64,000 nt of DNA from Eledone cirrhosa (taxonomy: Eukaryota). The stretch lies in assembly GCA_964016885.1 (NCBI GenBank), contig OZ024748.1, positions 42,470,001-42,534,000 of the forward strand, written 5' to 3'. Under the pieces are notes generated by a model, which saw only the letters and a program-made list of their open reading frames with translations, made no database searches and was not told the origin of the DNA. Below, piece by piece: positions 14,172 to 26,623 of this stretch (its first letter is position 1; every line of letters starts with the position of its first letter). A program made the position numbers and the translations under genes.

Positions 14172-14180
<9 letters not shown>
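13696..14180 (-). mobile_element. Penelope-like pseudo-LTR remnant with three tandem decayed hammerhead motifs
   Basis: Minus strand carries a truncated TCGAGGA-TTCCAAAC-gaaa-GTT copy (~14101-14126, same family as 12.5 kb), CTGATGA-GCAGA...GAAAC (13904-13989) and TGT-CTGAGGA...GAAA-CACGCG-TC-ACA (13696-13851). Flanked by (TA)n. Confidence 0.55.
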
Positions 14181-14240
<60 letters not shown>

Positions 14241-14245
<5 letters not shown>

Positions 14246-14370
14246 ACGTCAAGACGGGCGGTCTCAAAAGTGAAACTAATTTTTGACAGTTACGATTGTG
14301 AATTTGTTTGTTTTTTTACAACAGGTCTCAATAGTGAAAGTATAATGCAGACACACGCAATTGTATGGAT

Positions 14371-14415
<45 letters not shown>

Positions 14416-15606
14416 GGTGTGTATATGTGTGTATATATATGTGTGTGTGTATGCATATATATATGTGTGTTTGTATATATATATGTGTTTGTGTCATCAT
14501 CATCGTTTAGCGTCTATCTTCCACGCAAGCATGGGTTTAGACGTATATATATGTTTGTGTGTATATATGTGTTTGTGTGTATATATATATGTGTGTTAGT
14601 GTGTATATATATGTGTCTATATATATATATGTGTATGTTTATATATATTTATGCACACATACACATTTGTATGAATTTGTAGATGTATATATATATGCAT
14701 GTACACAATTGTATGGTTTTTAAAAAAAAATAATGACATTGTGTGTTGAAATAAATAAATATTGAAAATCCTTATTGCACCCTATAAATAGCTGAAATAC
14801 AGTTGATCATCTCCACAAACTTGTTGGCACCAACTCTGTCCCCAAAGAAATTAAGGTAGGGTCATAAGAAGGACAGAGAATGATAAGGGATTTGGGTCAG
14901 AGGGGCAGCTTGGGGTCAGAAAGGCAGATTGGCGTCAGAAGGGCTGGGAAAATTTTATTTTTTTTAACGAAGCACCGTCCTTTTTTAAACGAAACACTGT
15001 CCTTCTTATGACCCTACCTTAATTTCTTTGGGGGCAGAGAGTTGGTGCCAACAAGTTTGTGGAGATGATCAACTGTATTTCAGCTATTTATAGGGTGTAA
15101 TAAGGATTTTCAATATTTATTTCTTTCAACACACAATGTCATTATTTAAAAAAAAAACCCATACAATTGTGTACATGCATATATATATATACATCTACAA
15201 ATTCATACAAATGTGTATGTGTGCATAAATATATATATACATACACATATATATATATACAGACACATATATATACACACAAACACACATATATATACAC
15301 ACAAACACATATATACACACAAACATATATATACGTCTAAACCCATGCTTGCGTGGAAGATAGACGTTAAACGATGATGACACAAACACATATATATATA
15401 TACATACACACACACATATATATATATACATACACACACACATATATATATATACATATACACACCCATATATATATTAAGAAATACATACAATTGCGTG
15501 TGTCTGCATTATACTTTCACTATTGAGATCTGTTGTAAAAAAAAACAAATTCACAATCGTAACTGTCAAAAATTAGTTTCACTTTTGAGACCGCCCGTCT
15601 TGACGT

Positions 15607-15611
<5 letters not shown>
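14241..15611. mobile_element. Fold-back (long-TIR) element inserted in (TA)n
   Basis: Arms ~14241-14876 and ~14997-15611 are reverse complements. Ends are GGCATACGTCAAGACGGG...CCCGTCTTGACGTATGCC, with a 120-bp spacer. Confidence 0.85.
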
Positions 15612-15664
<53 letters not shown>

Positions 15665-16489
15665 TGTAATAAACAACACAATATAATTATTCCATAACCC
15701 AAGGTTTCACGAAGTCAGACGATTCTAACAGAAGGGCCTGAATCCGTTCATTAGATAAAAATCTTTATTTGGATATAAGATATTTATCTATCTATATATA
15801 TACACACACATACAAACACATATGATGTATCATTATGGTTCATTATTCTTAAAAATATATTTAATGTCCACAATATAGTGTGTATGTGTGAAAATATTCA
15901 CAAGTGTATATATGTGTGTGTGAAATTATCAATATATAGGTGTATGTATGTGTGTGTGAAAATGTTTACAATATAGGTATGTGTGTGTTGTGTATGACAT
16001 GATTCCCAATGTAGAACAGTATGTGTGTGTTAAATTGTCAACCAAACAGAACTGTGTGTGTGTGAAATTGTCAACAAAACAGAACTGTGTGTGTGTGTGT
16101 GAAATTGTCAACAAAACAGAACTGCGTGTGTGTGAAATTGTCAACAAAACAGAACTGTGTGTGTGTGTGTGTATGTGTGTATGAAATCATCTCCAGTATA
16201 GAATAGACTGTGAAATTGTATTGTTCTCAATATAGAACAATGTGTGTGTGTGTGTGTGTGTATGTGAAAATGTCCCCAACAGTGTGTATGTGTGTATGAC
16301 AATGTGACCTCTGTCTTGCACCATTTACATAAAACGAGTGTATTGTCATTATGACTTTACTGGTGGTGTTGTTTGTTGTTGTTCTAGATTTACATATGTT
16401 TATGTGAGTGTCTGTGTGTGTTTACAATATAATATGACTGTGTAAGATATTGTATAACCTGTCAAATAACCAATCACTTTCATAATCAA

Positions 16490-16845
16490 CAATAATAATG
16501 CTTTCTGATTTAGACACAAGGCCAACAATTTGAAGGAAAGAGGAAAGTTGATTAAATCGACTCCAATATATTACTGGTACTTTATTTTATCGACTCTGTA
16601 AGGATGAAAGGCAAAGCTAACCTCGGCAGGATTTGAACTCAGAATATAGTCTAAACAAATGCTGCAAAGCATTTTGTTCGATGCTCTACCTATTATTGTC
16701 TATCCACTGCCCTTGTCCTCAAATAATAACTGTTTCTACTTTTAGCACAAAGCCAGCAATTACCCCAGTGCATTACTGGTACTTTATTTTATCGACCCCG
16801 TAAGGATGAAAGGCAAAGTTAACCTCGGTGGGATTTGAACTCAGA
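16490..16845 (-). mobile_element. Two SINE family A copies
   Basis: Reverse complement of the family A consensus. Confidence 0.8.
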
Positions 16846-17676
16846 TAATAATAATGGTTTCTTTTATTTGCCACAAGGGGACTGAATGAGGAGACATTTT
16901 AAAATCAAACTACATAAAGTGTGGAGCTTTACATAAAAATCAGATGTAAAAAAAAATGTGGTGCGATGATAAACAGTCTTCTTGATACAAGAAACCCCCC
17001 AAATATGGTTGAGGGACCCTTCAAGTCCACACTCATCCTCCATGATGACCATGGGAAAATGTCCTCTTCTCATTTTCCTTCTCTAACCGACAGGCTCAAA
17101 TTGTGGGTAGAACAGTACAATCTCACCAATTTTTGTGCTACTGTCAACCATCATTTATAAAATTTACTGGAGGAGAGCACCTCTCTCTTCACTCTCACCT
17201 TTCTTTTTCAAGTCGAGGAGGGCTTGATCAAAGGAAAATTGACCCTTTGTCCTCTCATTCTTGTCCAACACACGACCACTTTTATAATAATCTTCTTTTT
17301 CTTGAGTCATCTGTCTTTTGAAGGTGAATCATTCATTTTTGCTTTTTTTTAATGGCTAAAATATGTGTGGTTCACCACACCTGCATACTTTTGGATTGAT
17401 GAAAAAGATCCATGACCTCACTCGCACCAAATTCCTTACGGAGTGTACTGGGTGCAAGTTGTGTGTGTACTTCTGTTTGTCCTGTAAAATTACCAGTTCG
17501 GCATAAAGAGATTGATAAAATAAGTACCAGACATTGAAAATATGAACTGGGTCAATACAATTGACGTTAAGGCAGTGCCCCAGTATGGCCACAGTCTAAT
17601 GAAGGAAATTAATAAAATAGACAAAAAACAACAAACAATAGCAGGTGATAATTCAGTCAATTAGATAGAAGTAGGT

Positions 17677-17711
<35 letters not shown>

Positions 17712-17786
17712 CATGCTAGCGTGGAAGATGGACGTTAAACGATGATGATGATATATAATTACAACAGTGACACAAACAGTATATAT

Positions 17787-17827
<41 letters not shown>

Positions 17828-17979
17828 TCTTGACTGTTATATAATATACATTCTTTGGAATCTCTTCAGGTATGACAGAATGACCTGACTGACGAGACTT
17901 TACCTCTTCTTCCTCCCCCTCCTAGTTAGACTTGTAAAATAGGCGGGGTGAGGGGGAGGGGTTGCAACAACATTAACAG

Positions 17980-18600
17980 ACTACCACCACAACATTGACA
18001 GACTACTACCACCACTGACCACTACACCACTACCACTACACCACTAAACCACCACTACCACTACCACTACACCGCTACCATCACCATACCACTACCATCA
18101 CCACCACCACTACACCACTACAACCACCACCACCACTACTACCATCACCACCACTACTACCATCACTACCACTACCACCACCAGTACCACCACCACCACT
18201 ACCACCACCACCACCACTACCACCACCACCTCCACCACTACACCACCACAACCACTACCACCACCACCACCACTACTACCATCACCACCACTACTACCAT
18301 CACTACCACTACCACCACCAGTACCACCACCACCACCACTACCACCACCACCTCCACCACTACCACCACCACAACCACTACCATCACCACCACCACCACT
18401 ACAACCCCCACCACCACCACACCCCACCACCACTACTATCACCACCATTACACTACAACACCACTACAACTACCACCACCACTACACCACCACCACTACA
18501 CCACAACACCACTACAACTACCACCACCACTACACCACCACCACTACCACTACAACCACCACCACTACCACTACAACCACCACCACACCTCCACACCACT
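17980..18600. repeat. (ACC/ACT)n trinucleotide field
   Basis: Direct reading; source of the poly-G/V pseudo-ORFs. Confidence 0.95.
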
Positions 18601-18739
18601 ATATATATAATATAGAAATAACCTAACAATATTTGAACCACCCAAAATGTTGATCTTCATTGATTTCTAATTAACAATTAATCTCAATTAGTTATATTTT
18701 CTCTTTACTGTCATCCTAATATGTTTAAAAAGAAAGACA

Positions 18740-19790
18740 TCAGCATGCTTTGCAGCATAGAGTTACGGCCCTTTACGTTCTGAGTTTAAATCCCGCCGAG
18801 GTTAACTTTGCCTTTCATCCTTACAGGGTTGATAAAATAAAGTACCAGTAATGTACTGAAATAATCGCTGGCCTTGTGCCAAAAGTAGAAACAATTATTA
18901 TTACGGGGTCGATAAAATAAAGTACCAGTCACGCGCTGGGGTCGATTTGGTTGACTTTCCCCTCCCCAAAATTGTTGGCCTTGTGCCTAAATCAGAAACC
19001 ATTATTATTTTTGGCAGTTGACTTTCAGTTGACTTTGCCTTTCATCCTTACGGGGTCGATAAAATAAAGTACCAGTAATGCACTGAGTAATTGCTGGCCT
19101 TGTGCCTAAAGTAAAAACAATTATTATTTTTGGCAGTATCGGTAGAGGGTCGGACGCCATGCTTTGACGTATAGAGTTACGGTCCTTGTCATTCTGAGTT
19201 CAAATCCTGCCGAGGTTAACTTTGCCTTTCATCCTTACGGGGTCGATAAAATAAAGTACCAGTAATGCACTGGTTAATTGCTGGCCTTGTGCCAAACGTA
19301 GAAACAATTATTATTTTTATTGTTATTTGGATTAGCAGTATCGGCATACAGTTACGGCCCTTTACGCTCTGTGTTCAAATCCGAACGAGGTTAACTTTGT
19401 CTTTCACCCATCGACAAAATAAAGTACAAGTCTATGAATTTCACGCTTTCAATATCATTTTCAGGCATGGCCATGTGGTTACTGGGGTAGATTTAATCGA
19501 TTTTCCCCTCCCCTCAAAATTGTTGGTCTTTTGCCTAAATCAGATACCTTTAAAAGTACCAGTAATGCACTGAGGTCGATTTAATCGATTTTCCTCTTCC
19601 CCTAAATTGCTGGCCTTGTGCCAAAAGTAGAAAGCATTATTATTGAAATCCCAGTCAAGGTCAACTTTACCTTTCACCCTTTCTAGGTCGATAAAGTACC
19701 AATACTGGAGGTCAATTTAATCTATTTTCCTCTCCCCTCTCTCCTCTCCCTACACAAATTGCAGTCCTTGTCCCTATCTTAGTAATTATT
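18740..19790 (+). mobile_element. Head-to-tail array of ~7 SINE family A units or fragments
   Basis: Repeated family A motifs separated by (ATT)n tails. Confidence 0.85.
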
Positions 19791-19894
19791 ATTATATAAT
19801 TCAGTAATATTTGAATAACTATATAATACTAAAGAAACCATTATAGACGCCACATTCTGGTAGTGACGACGTCTCAGAAAATTCGACTTCATCT

Positions 19895-20515
19895 TTTACT
19901 CTCTCTCTCTCCCTTACTATATATCTCTCCCCCTCTCTCTCTGTTTTACTATATATATCTCCCCCTCTCTCTCTGTTTTACTATATCTTTCTCCCTCTCC
20001 CTTACTATATTTCCCTCCCCTTCTCTCCTTGTTTTACTATATCTTCCTCCCTCTCCTTTACTATATATTTCTCCCTCTCCCTTACTATATCTCACTCCCC
20101 CTCTCTCTGTTTTACTATATCTTTCTCCCTCTCCCTTACTATATCTCCCTCCCCCTCTCTCTGTTTTACTATATCTTTCTCCCTCACTATAAATCTTTCT
20201 CCCTCCCCCTCTCACTCCGTTTTACTATATCTCTCTCCCCTTTCTGTTTTACTGTATCACTCTCTCCTTTCTCTGTTTTACTATCTATCTCTCCCTCATC
20301 TCCTCTCTGTCTCTTTTATTAACTCTCCCTCTTTCTCGTCTGTTTTACTATCTATCTCTCCCTCTCCTTCCTCTCTGTCTGCTTTACCATCTATCTATCT
20401 ATCCCTCTCATTCCTCTCTGTTTAACCATCTATCTATCTCTCTCTCCCTATCTTTCCTCTCTGTGTAACCATCTCTCTCTCTCTCCTTCCTCTCTGTTTA
20501 ACCATATATCTTTCT
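19895..20515. repeat. CT-rich degenerate minisatellite (TTACTATATCTCTCCC units)
   Basis: Direct reading. Confidence 0.9.
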
Positions 20516-20580
20516 CATTATAACATCCATGATTATTTAGTATGGTGGAATTCCCTATTTGAGCTAACAGAAATATCTGG

Positions 20581-20587
20581 TGACTCA
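20581..20587. promoter_or_regulatory. AP-1 site (TGACTCA) upstream of the putative first exon
   Basis: Exact TGACTCA in unique sequence ~110 bp before the candidate ATG. A short motif can occur by chance. Confidence 0.25.
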
Positions 20588-20698
20588 TTGCTTCAATTTA
20601 CTGTCTCGTCTTGTCTTGCTGCGAGAATATTTACATTCACCACCACCACTACAACCACCACCACAACTACTATTACTATTCTCACTAAGTCTTCCTAA

Positions 20699-20701
20699 AT
20701 G
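20699..20701 (+). CDS. Probable first coding exon (ATG only, after a 5' UTR from ~20590) of the C8orf88-like gene
   Basis: cctaaATG|gtaatt is a start codon directly followed by a GT donor in phase 0, matching the phase-0 acceptor at 38105. It lies in unique sequence. Joining it across a 17.4-kb intron is inference. Confidence 0.4.
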
Positions 20702-20890
20702 GTAATTGTCGTTTTATTTGCTATTATTTACATCAATGGGACTCTTCTTTTTCTGTTGTTATCCCCTCCCCCCCATTGTCTTTGTCTTGCCCCGTCCCCT
20801 CCTATTTTGAATTCATATTCTTAAGACTTAGCCATGCGGCCTTTTTTGTAATATATATACATATATATATAATATATATATATATATATA

Positions 20891-21463
<573 letters not shown>

Positions 21464-22334
21464 TATATAACACGTAATTGCATAACTTTATTTTGGTTTT
21501 AAATATACATTAACTTTTTGTGACCGTATTCCTAATGAAATATACTGAATTTTAATTAATTAAGGAAGACATTGGACGGATTTACTCAAATTATTTTTTC
21601 GTTATTTAGATGCCATTTGTCATATAACAACAACAACAAATGTTTTCCATATAAAATTATATTGGGAGATTTTACTTTAAGTTTAAACCATTTAAAATGG
21701 GAGATTTTGTTTCGTAGAATGTTGAGCCTGTTTTTGTCAGGTTGGTATCAAAAGAGCTCATGATAAAATGACATAATATTGACTTTCTATTATTTATGGG
21801 CTTTAAAAAAAAAACCTATACTATATATATATTTGAATATAATCGATAGTTAGCGTCAGTAATAAGTAAAATAAAGCTATTGTTATCATATACACATTTT
21901 AGAAAACTTTTACATTGAGACATACAAGTTGTGTTGCTGATTATAACGTTTGTTGTATCAATCCAGTCCAGGTTTTTCTTTCGTTTAGTTATATTCTTTT
22001 AAAACGCTGTGTAATGATTAAGCAGAAAATGTAAAAAAAGAAGTTTAATTCAAATGTTTATAGTATCTTTATATGCGGTCAGATTGTTGTGAAAATTTGC
22101 ATCAAACTAAAGTAAAATAAACTTTAATTAGTAACGTGATACAGTTATAGTACTGTTTTGTACTTTTCAGTGAATGTCTTGCTAATGTGGTTTCATGTGG
22201 TACAGGATGCCAATAGTTAATGTTGGAATATACAGAATACCAAGATAGACAAAAAGGAAATACGTTTTATGGAAAAAATAGAAAAAAAAAGTTGTCTTCT
22301 TTGTTTAATTTTAAAAATATATTTGTAACTGACA

Positions 22335-22800
22335 CAGGAAAGAATTGCTGGACAAATTTTACGGGTAAACCCAACCGGCAGGAGACCCAGGAGTAGACCC
22401 CAAGCAAGATGGTTGGATAACATCCATGAGCTTGGCTGGTCTTCCTTGGGGATCCAGCCAGATCAGTTGGTGACGGTTGCTTCTGGCAGGACCTGCTGGA
22501 AGGAGGGTTTGAGGACTCTGTTTTGTTCTATTGTCTAATTTTAAAAATATATTTTTCTTCTTCTTCCACTTATTCCTGAGAGGGTCGTGGGGGCAGAGTC
22601 CTCAAACATTCTTTCCAGCAGGTATTGTCAGAAGCAACCCAAGTGAGACCAGCCAAGCTCTGGATGTTATCCAATCATCTTGCTCGGGGGTCCTGCTGGT
22701 TGGTTTTGTCCGTAAAATCTGTTGAATGATTCTTTCTTGAGATATTCTAACATGTCTGTAATATCAGAGCTGTGATCTCTCAATTCAGAGAAGTAGCAGC
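22335..22800. mobile_element. Two RTE/Expander-like 3' fragments in inverted orientation
   Basis: The + strand at ~22349-22520 reads GQILRVNPTGRRPRSRPQARWLDNIHELGWSSLGIQPDQL. An inverted copy with a (GAA)n tail spans ~22557-22800. Confidence 0.7.
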
Positions 22801-23724
22801 TCTACTTGGATCGACTGTTATAATTTTAGTTACTATTTTGTTCTATTTCCTACCTACTATCAATTTATCAATTTAATTTGGTAGAATCATTATGGTATCA
22901 GACAAAATACTTTTGTTCTGACTCTTTTCAGCATTCATTAGTTCAAATCTTGCCAATGTCAGTTTTGCCTTTCATCCTCGAAGGATCAATAGAATAAAAT
23001 ACCCAGTCAAGTATTGGGATTGTTCTATTACACCACCCCACACCACTGCTGTCCAAATTTGTAGCCTTTTGCCCCCATTAGAAATTAACATTATATTCTT
23101 TTGACATAAAAAGAAAAAAAAATATTGCTTTCTTTAAATTCAATTTATTGATTGAAAATGGTACAGACACATGCCAAAAACATTAAATTTGATCTGTTCA
23201 GGGTTACTGAAAAACTTTAAATGAAAATGTTCATGGCAGTCATTAAAATATCAGATAGAATGCTTTGCAGTATTTGTTCTGCCTCTCTGCTCTGTTTAAA
23301 TCTTACCGAGGTCAACCTTGCCTTTCATCCTTTCAAGGTTGATAAAAAAATGAACCAGTTGAGTATTGGGGTCAATTCTTCCTTTGTATCTCATTCTCTC
23401 ACTCTCTAGCCTTCTCTGGAAGAAATCTGCTGGGCTCCACCAGTCTTAAAATACCCTAGAAATGTTGTATACGGCACCTCTACGACTCCAGCAGGAGTTA
23501 CAGGACTATCATGTCGCATCACATATCACTGTGTCACCCATGTAGTGTTTTAGCTATGTTCTAATGTTATATTAGCCATGTTATTGAACCACCTGATGTA
23601 TTCGTCTGAGTGTTGAAAGGGTTAATAACAAGGGGAGACAAACCAGATTTATAAGATAGTTGGCTTAGTATGTAATATGGGAAAGGAATAAGATGTAAAC
23701 AATAAGTTCAGAAAAGTGTAATGT

Positions 23725-23933
23725 CCATAGATCCCTAGATAAAACCAACCGGCAAGAGACCCAGGTGTAGACCTTGAGAAAGATGGTTGGATAACATCCA
23801 TGATCTTGGTTGGTCTCACTTGGGGATCCAACCGGATCAGTTGAAGCCAGTTGCTTCTGACAGGATCCTCTGGAAGGAGTTTTTGAGGACTTTGACCCTA
23901 TGACCCTCTCAGGAATAAGTGGGCGAAGAAAAA
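23725..23933 (+). mobile_element. RTE/Expander-like 3' fragment
   Basis: Homologous to 22370-22520; ends GGAATAAGTGGGCGAAGAAAA. Confidence 0.65.
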
Positions 23934-24218
23934 GGATGTGACAGATATAACCCCTGCTGGTGTGACGAATATAACCCCTACTGGATGTGTGACAAATATA
24001 ACTGCTACTGGATGTATGACAAATATAACTCCTACTTAATATATGACAAATATAACCCCTGCTGGTGTGACATATAACCCCTGGTGGATTATACTATAAA
24101 ACTGAGCTACAATAGAATGACAGCCACGTCTTGGATTGGCTGATAGCTTAATGGAAATGAAAGTTTGGTGTCTAGGTTATATATATATATATATATATAT
24201 ATAGTAATAATAATAAAT

Positions 24219-24425
24219 TTGAAGACTAAAATCCAAAGAGGGCTCAATAAGGATAATTATATATCAAATATATAAGAACCGTAGAGCAAATATTTATTAA
24301 AATAACAGATTAAAGTTTAAGCAAAGAATCGCTGCTTTCACTCTTAACGGGATTTCAGAAGATCCCATTAAGGGTGAAAGCAGCGATTCTTTGCTTAAAC
24401 TTTAATCTGTTATTTTAATAAATAT
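24219..24425. mobile_element. Penelope-like remnant: GIY-YIG-like C-terminus plus a 135-bp palindrome centred on a hammerhead core
   Basis: 24219-24275 reads LKTKIQRGLNKDNYISNI*. 24290-24425 is a palindrome whose centre reads CAGAAGA-TCCC-attaa-GGGT-GAAA. Confidence 0.55.
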
Positions 24426-24689
24426 ATATATATATAATTATTGTGGGAATTATATAAGGATAGTATTGTTATTTTGGGTCAACTGTGTTGGTAATAATAT
24501 ATAGAGGGAGAGAGAGATGGAATAGAAGAGAAAGGTGTAGGGGGAGAGAGGAGGAGATTATATAATTAATACTTATTTTGGGTTAAAAGAGCTGAGAACA
24601 GAGAGAGAGAGAGTGATGATGATACAAGAAGAGGGAGCAAAGAGACATGCAGAAAGTGTTGATGACTGTGAAATGTGTACAGTGAACAT

Positions 24690-25056
24690 AGAGGATGTGT
24701 AATGTATGCAGTGACTATAGAGGATGTGTAATGTATGCAGTGACTGTAGAGAATGTGTAATGTATGCAGTGACTGTAGAGGTTGTATAATGTATGCAGTG
24801 ACTGTAGAGGTTGTATAATGTATGCAGTGACTGTAGAGGTTGTATAATGTATGCAGTGACTGTAGAGGTTGTATAATGTATGCAGTGACTAGAGGTTGTA
24901 TAATGTATGCAGTGACTGTAGATGTTGTATAATGTATGCAGTGACTGTAGAGGTTGTATAATGTATGCAGTGACTGTAGAGGTTGTATAATGTATGCAGT
25001 GACTGTAGAGGTTGTATAATGTATGCAGTGACTGTAGATGTGTAATATATGCAGTG
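24690..25056. repeat. 29-bp minisatellite (GTGACTGTAGAGGTTGTATAATGTATGCA)n
   Basis: Direct reading. Confidence 0.95.
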
Positions 25057-25480
25057 AAATGAGGACATATACATATCACCAGCCCCTATTGTATACCATC
25101 ATCGCCATTTAATATCAATTTTTCCACATGGGTCTGATAAGTTGTCCCATTGCGTGACTAGTCAGATCAGGTGGCCATGTCTTGCTCATACAGAACTGTT
25201 TCTGGCTTGGTTTCTATAGCTGGATATGCCCTTCCTAACACCAACCACTTTACAGTGTAGATTGGGTGTTTGTAATTGTGGTACCTACACGACCACTTTA
25301 CAGAGTGGACTGGGTGCTTGTAATTACGGTACCTACACGACCACTTTACAGTGTGGACTTTTTGTACGTATCTATATGTATGTTGTGTGTGTGTCATCAT
25401 CATTATTACGTCTGCTTTTCCCTGCTTATATGTATATATATATATATGTGCATATATATGTATATATATATATATATATA

Positions 25481-26541
25481 CTAGCAGAGGTACTCGGCGT
25501 TGCTCGGGTATTAAATAGCAGTTGTGTATACCATTTATGTCAATACTTCAGTGCTGCTTCGAAAACTATACTTTTACAAAATCATCAGCTTTTTCCAAAA
25601 GGGGGTTCCTGCCCCCAGGGCTCCGCTACTCAATATGTGCCAATTCTGAGAGTTCACACTCATCTGTAGGACAAACGTAGCCCATGTGTCAAGTTTTGTG
25701 AAAATCGGTTGCGAACTCCAGAAGTTATGACGTTTTGTTGCATTGCACTGCAGTGCTTCAGTCGACTCCAAGGAAGTGGTTAAAGGGGGTTATCTGCTGG
25801 AAGGCCCTATAATCAATATCTGTAAAAATGAAAGTGCCCATGACCATCCGGAGTACATAAGTAACCTATGTCTTAAGTTTGGTGGAAATACTGTAGAAAT
25901 GCATAAGGTTTATACATACGCGTGCATGCGTGTTTGTGGGTGTGTATGTATTTGTGTGTGCGTATGTATGTGTATGTCCGTCGGGGCATATGTATGTACT
26001 GGCCTAAATCTTCACTATTTACTTTTACGATTTTAATAACCTCTGTCATTTTCGTTTTCAATTTTATTTACATCATTCTTAAACTCCGGGGCTGGAAATC
26101 ATTCTGTTATGTTAAATAGAATATTAATCTAACGACTCCATTTATACCATAAACTTGGTCTTGTCTTTGCATGAAATTGTTCTTCTCGGTCCACATAACG
26201 ACGTATTATCCATGCTTTTTTCCCGTTCATTGCCAGGGAATGTCTTCACAAACCAAAATACCGTCTTCCTTTTTTCGTTCGGTTGCAACATTTCTCGAAA
26301 TATTTACTTCTGCGTTCACAGATTACTCTCAGTTCAATTTGAATAGGAAATTCCTGTTTCATCGATTTTCTCCGTAACCATGGAAGCTTGTACCCTAAAA
26401 GTCGACCCAACGCCTCCTCGGGTCATTCTGCATACCTGTGTAAATTTTCGCTGCATTCCACCAGGCTGTTTCGACATTTATCTGACTACACCTACTTACT
26501 TAAATATACAACGTCCGACCACTTCCAATTTATATAGTAGA
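25481..26541 (-). mobile_element. Non-autonomous Helitron
   Basis: Minus strand runs A|TCTACTATATA...CCCGAGCAACGCCGAGTACCTCTG-CTAG|T. Confidence 0.75.
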
Positions 26542-26623
26542 TATATATATATATACACATATGTATGTGTATATATACATACAAGCAGGGAAAAGCAGAC
26601 GTAATAATGATGATGACACACAC

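Noticed and set aside
16860-17340. Possible LINE 3' fragment or exon
   Set aside because: No recognisable protein motif or consistent splice signals found by eye.
17825-17900. Minus-strand CTGAAGA-GATTC-caaa-GAATG and a plus-strand CTGACGA
   Set aside because: GAAA and stem III are absent; at best a very decayed remnant.
18110-18641. Gly/Ser/Val-rich structural-protein-like ORFs
   Set aside because: Translation of an (ACC/ACT)n microsatellite.
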